From the NCBI RefSeq assembly GCF_000143415.4, contig NW_003314293.1, positions 461,724-525,723 on the forward strand: a DNA stretch of 64,000 nt. Reading direction: 5' to 3'. Origin of the DNA: Selaginella moellendorffii (lineage: Eukaryota > Plantae > Lycopodiophyta). Shown here piece by piece: positions 25,990-38,281 of this stretch (positions are counted from its first letter, which is position 1; each line of letters starts with the position of its first letter). The notes below the pieces were generated by a model. It saw nothing but the letters and a program-made list of their open reading frames with translations, searched no databases and had not been told where the DNA came from. The translations under genes and the position numbers were made by a program.

Positions 25990-27075
25990 TGTAGCGCACC
26001 TAAATTTAGAGTCGAACTCCAAGCCCGTTGCGCTACAAAACGAGGGTCTAATATAATCCCACGAGCACCAGCTCCCCGTATTTAGCACCTGCACACAAAA
26101 TGGTGTCATACAGAGTCTGGCACAATTTTGGCATACCGGTGGCCTAACGTGAGGAGGAGGGTACCCCACCGACTAGAGCAGTGTAAAGCTTAGGCTTAGA
26201 CCCAAGCTAGACGCAAAACAAAGAGTGACATAGCTCAGCGGGAGCAAAACTAATTGTAGCGCAACTTATCTCTCTCCCCTTAAACCAACTGGAAAAAGGG
26301 CAATTGCTTGATGAGAGAGCCTTTAGTGGCTATTTTATCCCTATTTATCCCCTAAGGTTCCAAGGATCCATGGTGATAGTATATCCAAATCTCATCCCAT
26401 GATCACATGTGCTACACTAATATCTCAAGCGGTCAAACATGCATTCCAACCACTATCCTACTATACATTTGGAACCTCCCATACTCTACCCCCCCCCCTT
26501 GAGGAACACACGCTTTGGGCTTTCACCCCAAGCCTCCCTTAGTACCAGGAGTTAGTCTCTGGGACAAGCGCGAAACTTACTAAATATGGAATAGCGCTAG
26601 ATTGCGAATTTGGACACGGGACGAACACTATTATGTTCAGGCCGACCTCTACATTCTATAGATATGCCAAATGAACGAATCTAGACACTTTCCATAAATA
26701 GCATTTAGAACCAAAATGAGACTAACACAAAGGGCATGATAGCGAGGGTGTTTAACAGACACGGTAAACTATCATCCAGCGATATTGAGGGACTAATCTC
26801 AATACACGAGGGTTCTTGCTAAGCCAATGCAAGATAGAGTAAAAGAGAACTAAGAGCCAAGCCGAGAATACTCAGCTAGAAACATATAGGAGTTCCTACC
26901 TTATGTTCATCTGGCTAAGTACAAATGCTAAACCTAGTAAACTAACACTTAGACAAGAGGGGCTACTGAAAGGAACCAGTAGTACTGATCTCCTGCCATC
27001 ATGGCAGTAAGGAAAGAGTGCCTGTAAGGACTTGCCAACAAGTATCTTTTGATACCCAAAGTCATATTCGCGACA
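25990..27075. mobile_element. Solo LTR (family B)
   Basis: TGTAG...CGACA, TSD cattc/tattc; second half homologous to 57794-58720. Confidence 0.8.
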
Positions 27076-28759
27076 TATTCACAAGGCTAACATGTCCTTA
27101 AGTCTTGAATAGGAATTATGGAGGTTGTAAGTGAGACTTTTCCAAATGGTTAAAGGTGTGGTTAAATGACTAAAGTAGAATGAAAAAATTAGTTTAGATG
27201 TTGCATGTTTATGATGGCAAGTGTCTTGGCTTCAATGAGGATGCCTTCTTTGCAGATGATGTGTCTAATTAAGATGTTGGATTTGACAAAGAAGGTAGAT
27301 TTTTTGAGGTTTAAGGCGATGTTCTTTTGACATTTGATGAAGCATTTCTCAAGATGTTGGAGAGGTTGTTCTTTGCTACTGAAGACACTGAAGTTGTCCA
27401 TAAAAACTCATATAAAGTCGATGAGGCAATCTTGAAATATGTCAATGATGATTCTCTAGAAAGTAAACAGTGCATTAGAAAGACCAAAAAGCATTTGTAA
27501 ATAAGCATAAGCACCTCAAGGATTGATAAAGGCTATTTTGTGCTAATCTTCAAGTATGATGTGAACTTAATTGTAGTTGCTAAAGCTATCGAGAAATGAG
27601 TATATTTCATATCCAGCTATTGCATCAAGAATTTCATCAGAGAATGGAATTAGGAAGGTGTTTTTTTGGGTTGTTGAGCTTTTTATAATTAACATAGACT
27701 TTGAGTTTGCTACTTTTGTTGGGGACAATAACTAGTGGTGACAGCCATTCTAGATTCTGAATTGGGTAGATGAAGCCAGTGTTCTTGAGCTTGTCAAGTT
27801 CTTCTTTAACTTTCACTTGCATATTGGGGTTCATTTGATAGGCTGCTTGCTTTCTTAGTGTAGTTTGAGGTAGAAGCTCAATTTGGTGCATGTAGATCTC
27901 GGGAGGAATTCCTTGCAAATCTGTATATAACCAACAAAAATATCTTTGTACCCATTGAAAAGATTGATTATTTTTGTCTTGAAGTCAAGGTCAAGGTTTT
28001 TAGCAATATAGAGCTTATTTGGTTTGTCTTCAGTTCCTAAGTCGATTTCTTTAGTTGGCTCTTTAAGGTTCAACATTGAGGTGAGTCGAGTTCCTTCTTG
28101 TTGAAGTGCTGGATCTTCTTCAAAATTGATTTATTGATGAATTGGTTGGATTGTTTAAATTTGATTTTTGGTCGATCTCATTGCTTAATGTTGGTTGGTG
28201 TGTCGATGGGTGTTGAGTTTTCGTGACTTGGGAATTTGTCTTTAATGTTGCCTTTTTGAGTATTAGGATTTGTAATGCAATGTGTACTGTTCTTTAGGAT
28301 GACTCGGTTGAGATCAACTTCGATGAGAGGCTTTAACTCTGGATATACCTTCAAGATTTGTGCTTCTTAGAAGTCGTTGAGACCTTCATTTCAGTCGTAT
28401 TATTCAATGATAGTTGGTCAAAATATTTTTGCAATCTTCTTTATTGTAGTTATGGAGATTCAAGGGGCTTCTTAATGCTCTCTAAAGGTAATTGTGTTCT
28501 TTTGCCAGTATGTGACAATGTCAATTATTTTGAGCTAAGTTCATCCAAAGAGTACTTTATAGGAACTTTGGTTTTTCGCCATCTTGAGCATTAGGAAAGT
28601 TACCTTAAATTCTTGATCCTTGATCTTGATAGGAATATTGCATACAATTCCTAATGGTTGTATACTTTGATCATCGGCCATTTTGATGTTGAAGGGTGTA
28701 GGGTGGATTGGCCTAAGCCTCATTGGTTTGTAGATTGAATGCTTGATGATGTTGATACT

Positions 28760-28783
28760 AAGCTTTATTTCGTTAAAGTGGGA
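28760..28783 (+). repeat. Left terminal inverted repeat
   Basis: Inverted match to 42016-42039. Confidence 0.9.
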
Positions 28784-29201
28784 ATTGTCATTATCCCACT
28801 TGTAAAATAAGGTTTCCAAACCTTTATATAGTATATAAATATAACAAAATTCAACTGCATTGAGGCACATGCCATTTTATTTTAAACAAGGAAATGTCTA
28901 CTCAATCACTTCTCCTCCCCCTGCCACTGCTTCACCTCTCTCTTCTCCTTGTCATCGTCGTCCAATTTCTTTCCATCCTTTTAATATTGGCTCAGTTGCT
29001 CCGAGTCTAGGTGGAGCCCAAGTCCCCATTCAATCTTTACTTTCCCATTATTAATAAAACAACTTCGTAGACTTCCAATAACATGCTGTAACACTTCTAG
29101 TATAATGCAAATCCTCTCAAAGAATTGTCTTTTAATATTAATACAATTGCATGGAACACCATGCCATAATAAGTTACATTTTTAAATAAATACATGCCAT
29201 C

Positions 29202-32200
29202 TCAGACTGTTATTTTTTGCCTCCAACGCCTATACAATAATCTTGGAATTTCATCACTCTCCACACTATCAGGATTTAAACCCAATAGTAATGCCATCTC
29301 TTCTCTAATACGTCCACGCTCATGTTCAGTGGTCGAAGAACCCATCCGGTTGAGCAGATTATGGAGATGCGGATAGTGCTTGGCTAGACAATATACATAC
29401 CATAAATGATGACTGGTGTCTGTCCGATCAAATGGCTTCTGATATACCGTTCCATCTGCCATTTGGTTGATTTCTGCAGCCACCTCCTGGACTGGCCGGT
29501 TCTCTATCACCATCGCTCCAAGCCATTTTGCAAGGTCCCCCAGAACATACGGTTTCTTCTCCCTAGTTTCCATACTGCAAGAGATGGGGTGCACTGCATA
29601 TGTGTGCGTGTTCGCTGCAGTTTTAATCGGCGAGTCATCGATGATGAGGATTTCACTTGAGCTAGCAGTCCGGTTCATCACTACAGCCTCTGGCTTGACG
29701 AAGATGGGCTTGCTACCCCTCACATGGACCATAGTCAAGCAATCCTCCTGCGTTAGGAAAAATTCAAATGGTAATATTACTCGCGTCTGATCGTGCATCA
29801 TCTGTAGCAACGTTAATGCATTGTGGCGCATCATGGATGTCCAAACTCCCAATTGCAAATTGAACCCGGCCCTCTGTTTTAAGTGTCGCATGGTCATTAT
29901 TAGATCCCGCAGTTTCTCCCGTGTGATTAATGTGAATCTGTCTCTTTTGACCAACTTGCGACCCCAGGCTTTGGAGGGTGCAATGACATTCGAGGACGAG
30001 CCACGCTCATGGGAGAAAAGGACACCGTTCAGATCAAAAACGATACAGTACCTTCGCCGTGACTCTGAAATGAAATGCGTCAGCATAAAAAATGGTACAA
30101 GTCAATTTTACCATCTACAATATTAGCGAATGTTGCTCCCGATGGTCGTTGAGAGGGTTTTGGTCGAGGAAACGTGAAGGGCGGAAATACTCTCCTCTGC
30201 AATGTGGGGTCAATCGCATCCGATGGCGTGTGGGCACATGCCATTTCAGCTGTAGACTCTGGTACAACTGGCTCAACAGTGGCATGGGGTGGTTCCGATG
30301 GCGTGTGATCACACGCCATTTCAGCTGGTGCCTCCGTTGGCAAAGTGGACATGACCGAACAGGCAGCAGGGGCGGTGTAGGGAGGTTCCAACGGCGCGTA
30401 GTCAGACGATTGGGCACACGTTGAGTCCGTTGGAAATGAGGATACGACCGGCTCGGCGGCTGGGGCGGCCTCATGTGGGTCCAATGGCGCCTGGTCACCG
30501 TCAGTTGGATACGTGGACAAGATTGACTCAGTGGTATGGGCAGCATCAAGTGGAGCGTGGTCAGCTTGCTTGGCGTTGATATGGATAGTAGCCTCCACCA
30601 GCTCTGATGACTCTTGCAGCCAAGTAGAGTCCACTAGCGGATCCATATGCATGTCCAAATATCTCCCTTCGATTGAGATGGTATCCTCCCGTGCTACTAA
30701 AAACAAACTCATTAGCACATTGAATCGACTATACTGTATTTACCATCAACTGCTATTGAGGAACTAGGACCGATATCACTTGGGCGCACTGCTGATTCTG
30801 AAGGATTGGACATACGTTTCGACCCTTGCTTGGCACTATCCTTCCTCGACACTAAAGGCTAGAGTTTGTAAATTCAACTGAATAATCTCTACTTACCATT
30901 TGCTCTGCGACCTACATGGACAATGTTAGAAATGGTAAAAGGTTAGGAATGGATGTATTATTATTTACCTGATGGTTTGTCTTGTATGACCTTCCTCCGC
31001 CGCTCTTTGGCCACCTCAGGCTGGCCATCGTCGTCATCATCGTCGTCGTCGTTATTGTGATCGTCACCATTGTGAGGACCATCCAAGTCCTCTTCGTCCT
31101 CCTCTTCTTTGTCCTCCTCTTCGTCCTTCTGCTCTTCTTGCTCATTATCTTTCTCTGGCTCCTCATCCCCCTCCTACATTTCTTCCATAGGCTGCTCAGG
31201 CTGGATGGCTTGTTCTTCCAGGACCATCTTGGGAAAATCATCTGGCCGAGTCTCCATCTCAAAATACAAGACATCCATAGCCTGTTTTAGTGCGTGACCT
31301 AGGACCGTATCCTCACCCGACTGTCTTAACATGGTTTCTGCACGTTCTTGCACCCTTCGAAGACGACGAGATGAGAAAAACGTGGCCCTGCCTTGAAAAG
31401 CTTCCCTCATCCATTGTACCTCTCCATTGAGATTGGGGAAGGGGAGTCCGCCATAGGAATCTGAGTCATGAGGTGGTGACTGCCTGCTTTCACTCAGCCC
31501 TTGATCTGCAATGAATGGCATGAGCACACACGCCATAACCGCGAGGCATTACCTATCATCTTTTCGTTGCCCTTCTTCCTTTTCGAATCAAATGCCTCTG
31601 ATCTCGACGACTGTCCAACGTGCTTTCGCTTTTTATGACCACTGTCAGTTTGAGCTTGGCTGGTGCTTGCCTGTTTTGCCTTTGAAGAAGTTTCTCCTGC
31701 AAGGAATGGCATGAGACCACACGCCATTGCAAATATAATTTGTACCTCCTTTTTTCCTATTGCTTTTCTGTTTGTCCTTCTTCGATGCGCCACCAGTGCG
31801 CTTTTCAGTCCTCGTGTCTGAATATTCACAACGATCTATAATCAAAATGGCGTGAGGCCTCACGTGACCTTACCTTGTGCAGGTTGTGAGCTCGGCCCAA
31901 CATGGGTATCTTCAACAGTAGCTGTTAACGCCGTTTCAGCATCTGGGGGTGGCCACGCTCCTGCATACAGAGCTTGTGAGATAACATTTAAACTTAAAGT
32001 GCGTACTCACCAGGTTCGCAGAGAAGATACTGTTTTTCTTTGGCAACTGTAATTATATGCTCCATTGAAGTCATCTCTTCAATGGAGTTTGTCACCGCAA
32101 CACAAGGGACACCCTTGAGTAGTGCGGCTCGAAAGAATAGTCCGCCGCAGTTGTACTCGACAACGCATTTGCCCTTGGAGTCGGAAGCAGGTGACCCACC

Positions 32201-34809
32201 CGCTATTGCGTTGAAGACCCAGCTGAGCATTTCCCATGCTGTACCTGGAGCTTTCTTTGGATTCGAAAGCTCCATAGCCGTCTTCAGTTCCTCAGGCACG
32301 GGTAAATTGACCTCCCTCAGATCAATTCGATTGGCCTTGTCGAACGAAGCTGGGAAGTCACTCCAGTCCCACTCTGTTGCAGGACCAATAACAAGGGTGA
32401 GTGTGAAGATGCGGACATTCGTCGGTATCTTCTTCTTAGCCATTATCCCATGGATCTCCCGCATCTCCTTGCCTTTCAACCGAGCCTTCACCTCGTTCAA
32501 GGCCTTCTAGAACTTGTGATAGGATTCGGAGTCGTAGATCATATAGTGGACTGAAGATTCCACCTCCGCAAGTCCCACCATAAAGTCAATGATGGAGCTG
32601 ACTTCGTCTGCATGAGTGATCTCCTCGTTTGTGAAGTCCATCACACAAAAGATGTTCTTGACCTGCTCATCTCCGCGGGAAACGATGCTCCTCCACCTTT
32701 GATCCTCATCCAAATTCAAGTATACCCGGTAAGGTTCTCGATAGGCCTCTGCTGCGGGGTCGAGCTGTTTCTGAAGCCGGCGGTCGACATCAATCTTAAT
32801 GAAATTTGGATACTGATCCAACTTCTCAGCTTTACTTTTCGTGGCATCCCGCAGCAGATCGATGAACTTGGGGGCCCCCTTCACGTACTCGTCGATGTCT
32901 TCATTTGACAACTCCAGCGCTTCCATCATCTCTTGCGTGGTGTCGATGCTCACCCTCTCCACGGCCACTTGCTCGAAGATCCAATCCTTCAATAGCGCAC
33001 GAGCTCTCAGAGTCGTGCACAAGTCCTCGTATGTCACAATATGGCCGGGAGTCATTTTGGTCTTGTTGAAGACAACCTCACCACGTAGAAGAGCATTAGC
33101 CACTGTCAGAAGGTCGTCGTCGTCTAGAGACCGCGAGAAACGCAAGGCGTTGAGCTTCAAATCATTGGGCTTCCGGCCGTCCTCCACACCCATTGAGTTT
33201 GGCAACTCCCCGTCATGGTACCTCCTCAGCACATCTACCCATTTGTCAAAAACAACTTTTGTCGCGAGTAGAATGTTATGGATGCTGAGTGTGTCATTGA
33301 CCCCCAGTGTTTTCGAGAGAAGACTCGAGAATTCCTGCAATGGAAATGGCGTGAGGCCACATGCTATGCCACATGCAACGAGGCTTACCTGCCAGGCGCT
33401 AGTTGCTAGTGCACGTCCTTGTCCTGGTTTTTGTGGCTTCTTCAGTTGAACCCAGAGCTTCCGTGTTCGTGCCAATGTCTCGTGCAGACCCGATTTGTAG
33501 CACGTTTCTTGCTTGACATTCTGCGCGTGGGAGATGTATATGATAGATCGGAGGGGCGAGTTGCCTTTTATCAGGCGGACAACTCTTGTCTTGAAGACTT
33601 TCTTCACCTCCTCGCCCACCATAATATCCACAACTATCTCTTGCATCGCCAAGCTAGAATGCTGCCCGGAGACGGCATAGAACCGGATGTTCTGATCGTC
33701 CAACACCTTCCTATTGATCAAGTCTGGAAACCTCGTCTCGCCCTTCATTGTTCGGTAGTAGGGGATCACGTCTGCGATGTCGGGTGTTACTGGACTTGCC
33801 AGCATCTTCTGCTTCAGTTTCTCCACCCACTCATCAGATACTAGCCTGTGGTTGTATTTGCTTTGGATGTCGATACGGCTCACGTCGATTGTATATACAT
33901 TGTTGGAATAGTAACAAGTACTATTATCTGCAACGATTTTTGCTGCCTCTTCTTGCTCTTTCTGCTCTTTGCGGCTCTTCTTTTTGGTGGGTGTAGTGTT
34001 CGAACCCGAGGCAATGGCATCACTGAGTAGCTTCTTTTTTGGAGCAGGAGAGTCGGACGTCGGCTTGAGCTTGACCACCCTTTTCTGCTTCGAGGTAGTT
34101 TCCAGATCGACCCCCTTCCCCTTTGCTTCGCGAACTGGAGTCACTCTCAACGGCTCAATGTTGGAATATAGTTTTTGAACATCGCCGTAGGTGAGGTCCG
34201 TGGATTCCATGTGATCTTCATAGACCCGCAGCGTCTTTGAAATTGTGGGCCTCCTGGACAACCTCTCCCTAGCTCCCTCTAGGAATTCCTCATAGCCGCT
34301 GCCCCCCTCCGGGAAGCCGCTAGGATGTGCAAGGTGGATCTTGAAGGCAGACGCTGTCTCTACCACAAGTGCCAGTCCATATTCTTGCATGGAACTGCAT
34401 GGAGTGTCTGTCACTTGGATGAGGATCCCCATGCATTCTTTTCTCCCACCATCTGTGTTGTACAGCCTCAGATCCTCGCCTTCTATCCCGAAAGTCCAAC
34501 TGGTGAGCTCCTCCCCCTTCTCTGCATCCACATTGACAGTGGCTGGAAGAAGAACGCAATTCCTCGCCTGTTCAGAAATGCACAACAATTAGAGCTGACA
34601 GATGAAAAGCTAGTAGCTGGAAATAACGTGAGGCCACACGCCATTCACCACTGCATCAGATGTCTTGAGGCTGCATCCTAAGATGGCGTGAGGCTACACG
34701 CCATCTGTAACCGGACTGCACTCGAGAGCCCAATCGGTGCATGCCAATGTTGCTACTGAATGGCATGTGGCCTCATGCCATTTTCTACTTGGCCTAAAAG
34801 ACTTACCAT
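29202..34809 (-). CDS. 11-exon cargo gene (~1638 aa; internal stops at 32507-09 and 31174-76): ParB/Srx-like + putative MTase-like fold + acidic linker + FCP1/NIF-like HAD phosphatase
   Basis: Exons 34809-34807, 34567-33389, 33334-32011, 31960-31874, 31817-31746, 31696-31553, 31505-30969, 30911-30897, 30851-30744, 30696-30112, 30064-29202; all introns GT-AG and phase-consistent; motifs FYAVSGQH, IVFDLNGVL, GVWTS, LIIDDSPIK. Confidence 0.8.
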
Positions 34810-35029
34810 TTGAAGCCGAATGGAGGCGTGACAACCGGACTCGCTGGCGAATGTGCACTGTGTGTGCAGCGGATCGTAGCAGCAAGGCTACTCTGCCACT
34901 TACAGTTGGAGAGTGGCGCTGAAATCTCCCCGGACGCCAAGTGGGCTGCGTGTGGGTGGCGGAGTGGGCGGCGGAGTTGGCGGCGAAGTTACAAACTGGG
35001 TGTGTCTTGAAGTGGACGCCGATGCACAC

Positions 35030-35185
35030 GAGCGCGATGCGAGCGCGAGTGTGATGCAAGCGCGAGTGGACGCCGATGCACACGAGAAACCTGTAAAGAA
35101 GTGGGAGCGCGAGTGGGAGCGCGATGCGAGCGCGAGTGGGAGCGCGATGCGAGCGCGAGTGGGAGCGCGATGCGAGCGCGAGTAC
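35030..35185. repeat. CG-rich minisatellite (~23-bp unit gagcgcgagtgggagcgcgatgc) upstream of the cargo gene
   Basis: Direct tandem repeats; the unit array differs in copy 1 (~12065-12225). Confidence 0.8.
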
Positions 35186-35484
35186 GAAGCAAAATGCAAA
35201 ACCTAACCTCACACGCGCGAAATGTCACGACGGTTGGTAATCCCGCCACGTCATCATTTCTCGGACTTGGGCGCCACCATTAATTTCTGGATCGGCGCGC
35301 GCATGCGTGAAATCCAAAAGAAATCCGCAACGTCATCATTCCTCGGACTGCATGCACGCGAAATCCAAAAGAAAGATCATGATTGGGATATCATTTAATA
35401 CCCTCGCTATATTTATACCATGCATGATTGGATATTCCAAAGCATCTTGTATTTCCAAAAATGCCAGATGTTCAGCTAAATAAA

Positions 35485-37475
35485 TTGTCAGAGGATTTGA
35501 TGTGACGTTCAAGCATGTGGGCTCATGCAATTTTGATCCTAAAAAATGCACCAAAAAATGCTCGGCGTCATCTGGCGTTATCTCTTGAATGGCGTGGGGC
35601 CGCATGCCATTTTCAGGAGCACATAGGAGTATATTCCTAGAATATTCTAACACGCGCGAGATTGTTTTGAGTTTCCTGGAGATCCAACCGTTAGATCGCA
35701 ACTAGATTTTACAGAATGGTATACAATGTCCTTCTTGATGACCCTGCAAAGAAGCATCTCGATCGGACACCACATGAGACCACACGAGCCTTACAATGTT
35801 TCAGGGGCATTTGCCATAGATCCGACCGTTATTTTGCTCCAAGATTCTACAGTTTGGTGTGCATTGACCTTTCCATCGACACTGCGAAGGGACATCACAA
35901 TCAGATGCGGGATCACAAGAAACCAACTTCACTAACTCTGGTTTCACCAAGATCTACATAAGGAGTTATGAAATGAAAGGACCCTCTCTATTGAAATGTG
36001 TTTATGGTCCTAGGGGCATTGTGACATATCCAAGGATTTTGCATCAAGTTCTGTATTTGCATGTTTATCAAGCTACTGAATTGCTAAACCTTAAACCCTA
36101 AACCCTAAACATGTGGCAAATGCTGCGTGAAGAAAGATGCCCTTTCTGGGCAAATGCTGTAAGAGGCAGATGCCGAGCAGATGTATCTCAGGCTAGTGAA
36201 GGGGACAAACGAAAGCTAGCAACCAAAGGAATGTAAGCAACCAAAGGAATGTAAGTAGGGCATGTGTTTGTAAGTTTAAAAATGCCTCAACCACTTAAAT
36301 TCCCAAGTAAATAAAGCTGTTTCTATTTTTGGTACAGGTAAACTTTATAGCGTGTGGGCTCATGCAATTTTGAACCCAAAAATGCACCAAAAAATGCTCG
36401 ACTAGCATTATTCTTTGAATGGCGTGTGGCCTTATATTGCCATAAATGACACAGCATAATTATTCCTTTACACGGCGAATAATCTTGGAGCACATAGGAG
36501 TATATTCCTAGAATATTCTAACACGCGCGAGATTGTTTTGAGTTTCCTGGAGATCCAACCGTTAGATCGCAACTAGATTTTACAGAATGGTATACAATGT
36601 CTTTCTTGATGATCCTGCAAAGAAGCATCTCGATCGGACACCACATGAGACCACACGAGCCTTACAATGTTTCAGGGGCATTTGCCATAGATCCGACCGT
36701 TATTTTGCTCCAAGATTCTACAGTTTGGTGTGCATTGACCTTTCCATTGACACTGCAAAGGGACATCACAATCAGATGCGGGATCACAAGAAACCAACTT
36801 CACTAACTCTGGTTTCACCAAGATCTACGTAAGGAGTTATGAAATGAAAGGACCCTCTCTATTGAAATGTGTTTATGGTCCTAGGGGCATTGTGACATAT
36901 CCAAGGATTTTGCATCAAGTTCTGTATTTGCATGTTTATCAAGCTACTGAATTGCTAAACCCTAAACCCTAAACCCTAACCCTAAACATGTGGCAAATGC
37001 TGCGTGAAGAAAGATGCCCTTTCTGGGCAAATGCTGTAAGAGGCAGATGCCGAGCAGATGTATCTCAGGCTAGCGAAGGGGACAAACGAAAGCTAGCTAT
37101 AAACATGACGGGATGCAAATAGATTACTAGGCTGGTCCTGCGAAAATCAAAAACCATAATTGAAAACATTGAAAATGCAAAAAGAAAGGTTTATAATATT
37201 TTTGAATTTTAAGCAACCAAATGAATGTAAGTAGGGCATGTGTTTGTAAGTTTAAAAATGCCTTAACCACTTAAATTCCCAAGTAAATAAAGCTGTTTCT
37301 ATTTTTGGTACAGGTAAACTTTATAGCGTGTGGGCTCATACAATTTTGAACCCAAAAATGCACCAAAAGATGCTCGACTAGCATTATTCTTTGAATGGCA
37401 TGTGGCCTTATATTGCCATAAATGGACGTACACACACAGCATAATTATTCCTTTACACGGCGAATAATCTTGGCG
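35485..37475. repeat. Internal segmental duplication in the intergenic region of copy 2
   Basis: 35616-36220 is repeated at +871 bp; 36221-36486 is repeated at ~37213-37472; ~1.1 kb is absent from copy 1. Confidence 0.85.
36955..36987 (-). repeat. Telomere-type (CCCTAAA)n tract; another at ~36085-36110
   Basis: ctaaaccctaaaccctaaaccctaaccctaaa. Confidence 0.9.
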
Positions 37476-37789
37476 CGGATCGCTGACATGGCATGGCAAA
37501 GTTCGAATCACTGACATGGCACAGCTGGATCGAGGCAAGGACATGATGTGACAAAGTTCAACCTCCGACAGCAAAGTCTAGAAGCTACTCAGTTTGAAAT
37601 TTGCCAGAGGAATCATAAGATCTGGTTTGTCAGAGGATTTGATGTGACGTTCAAGCGTGTGTTATTTTTGAATTCTCGAACTCATTCCTAGGTCTATCAT
37701 TTTTGTGCGCCGTGTTCTTGGTTCCGCTGACCGCAGTGAGCGCTGCTTGTGTAAGCGGCGTTGTGAGCTGTGGTTTATGCGTCTACAAG

Positions 37790-37920
37790 CGGTTGCGGCA
37801 TTGCGAGCGCCATTGCGAGTGGCAGTTTATGCGAGTGGCAGTTTGTGCGAGCGGCGCTACGAGCAGTTGCGGTGTTGCGAGCGGCGCTACGAGTAGTTGC
37901 GGTGTTGCGAGCGGCACTGT
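37790..37920. repeat. CG-rich tandem repeat (~30-bp unit) upstream of the transposase
   Basis: gcgagcggcgctacgagcagttgcggtgtt repeated; mirrored at ~10430-10560. Confidence 0.8.
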
Positions 37921-38281
37921 CTTTGGTGTGGCTACCGCTTCCTCTTGATATTCGGCACTTGTGCTTCCTGGTATGTTCACCATGGAATGGTTTAGGACCA
38001 CATTTAGAAATGGCATGAGGCCACATGCCATCTTGGGCCCTTGCAATTTCATGGCTAGCGTATTGTCATGTATGTTTTTACTTGCCTGCAGCTGTGTGTA
38101 TATCAAGATGGCATGAGGCCTCATGCCAATTTTGTGAATGCGAAATTTCATGTGGGTGTCAATAGCATGTTTGAATAATGGCATGTGGCCTCATGCTATT
38201 GAGGTTGTTTGGTGTGTTATGATTTAGGCCATTCTCCAATCATTTTTTGTATGGTCTTAACTTCTTTTCTGCACTTTCAGA

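Larger units (their letters stand above)
5785..27190. mobile_element. Family-A LTR split into pieces (5785-6444, 25375-25989, 27076-~27190) by later insertions
   Basis: The pieces are collinear with the reverse complement of the LTR at 55129-56657; contains a GAGTCC/GAGATG hexamer array at ~6050-6405. Confidence 0.7.

Noticed and set aside
35716-36832. Duplicated 81-aa ORF MVYNVLLDDP
   Set aside because: Arises from the local duplication, is frameshifted in copy 1 and has no recognisable motif
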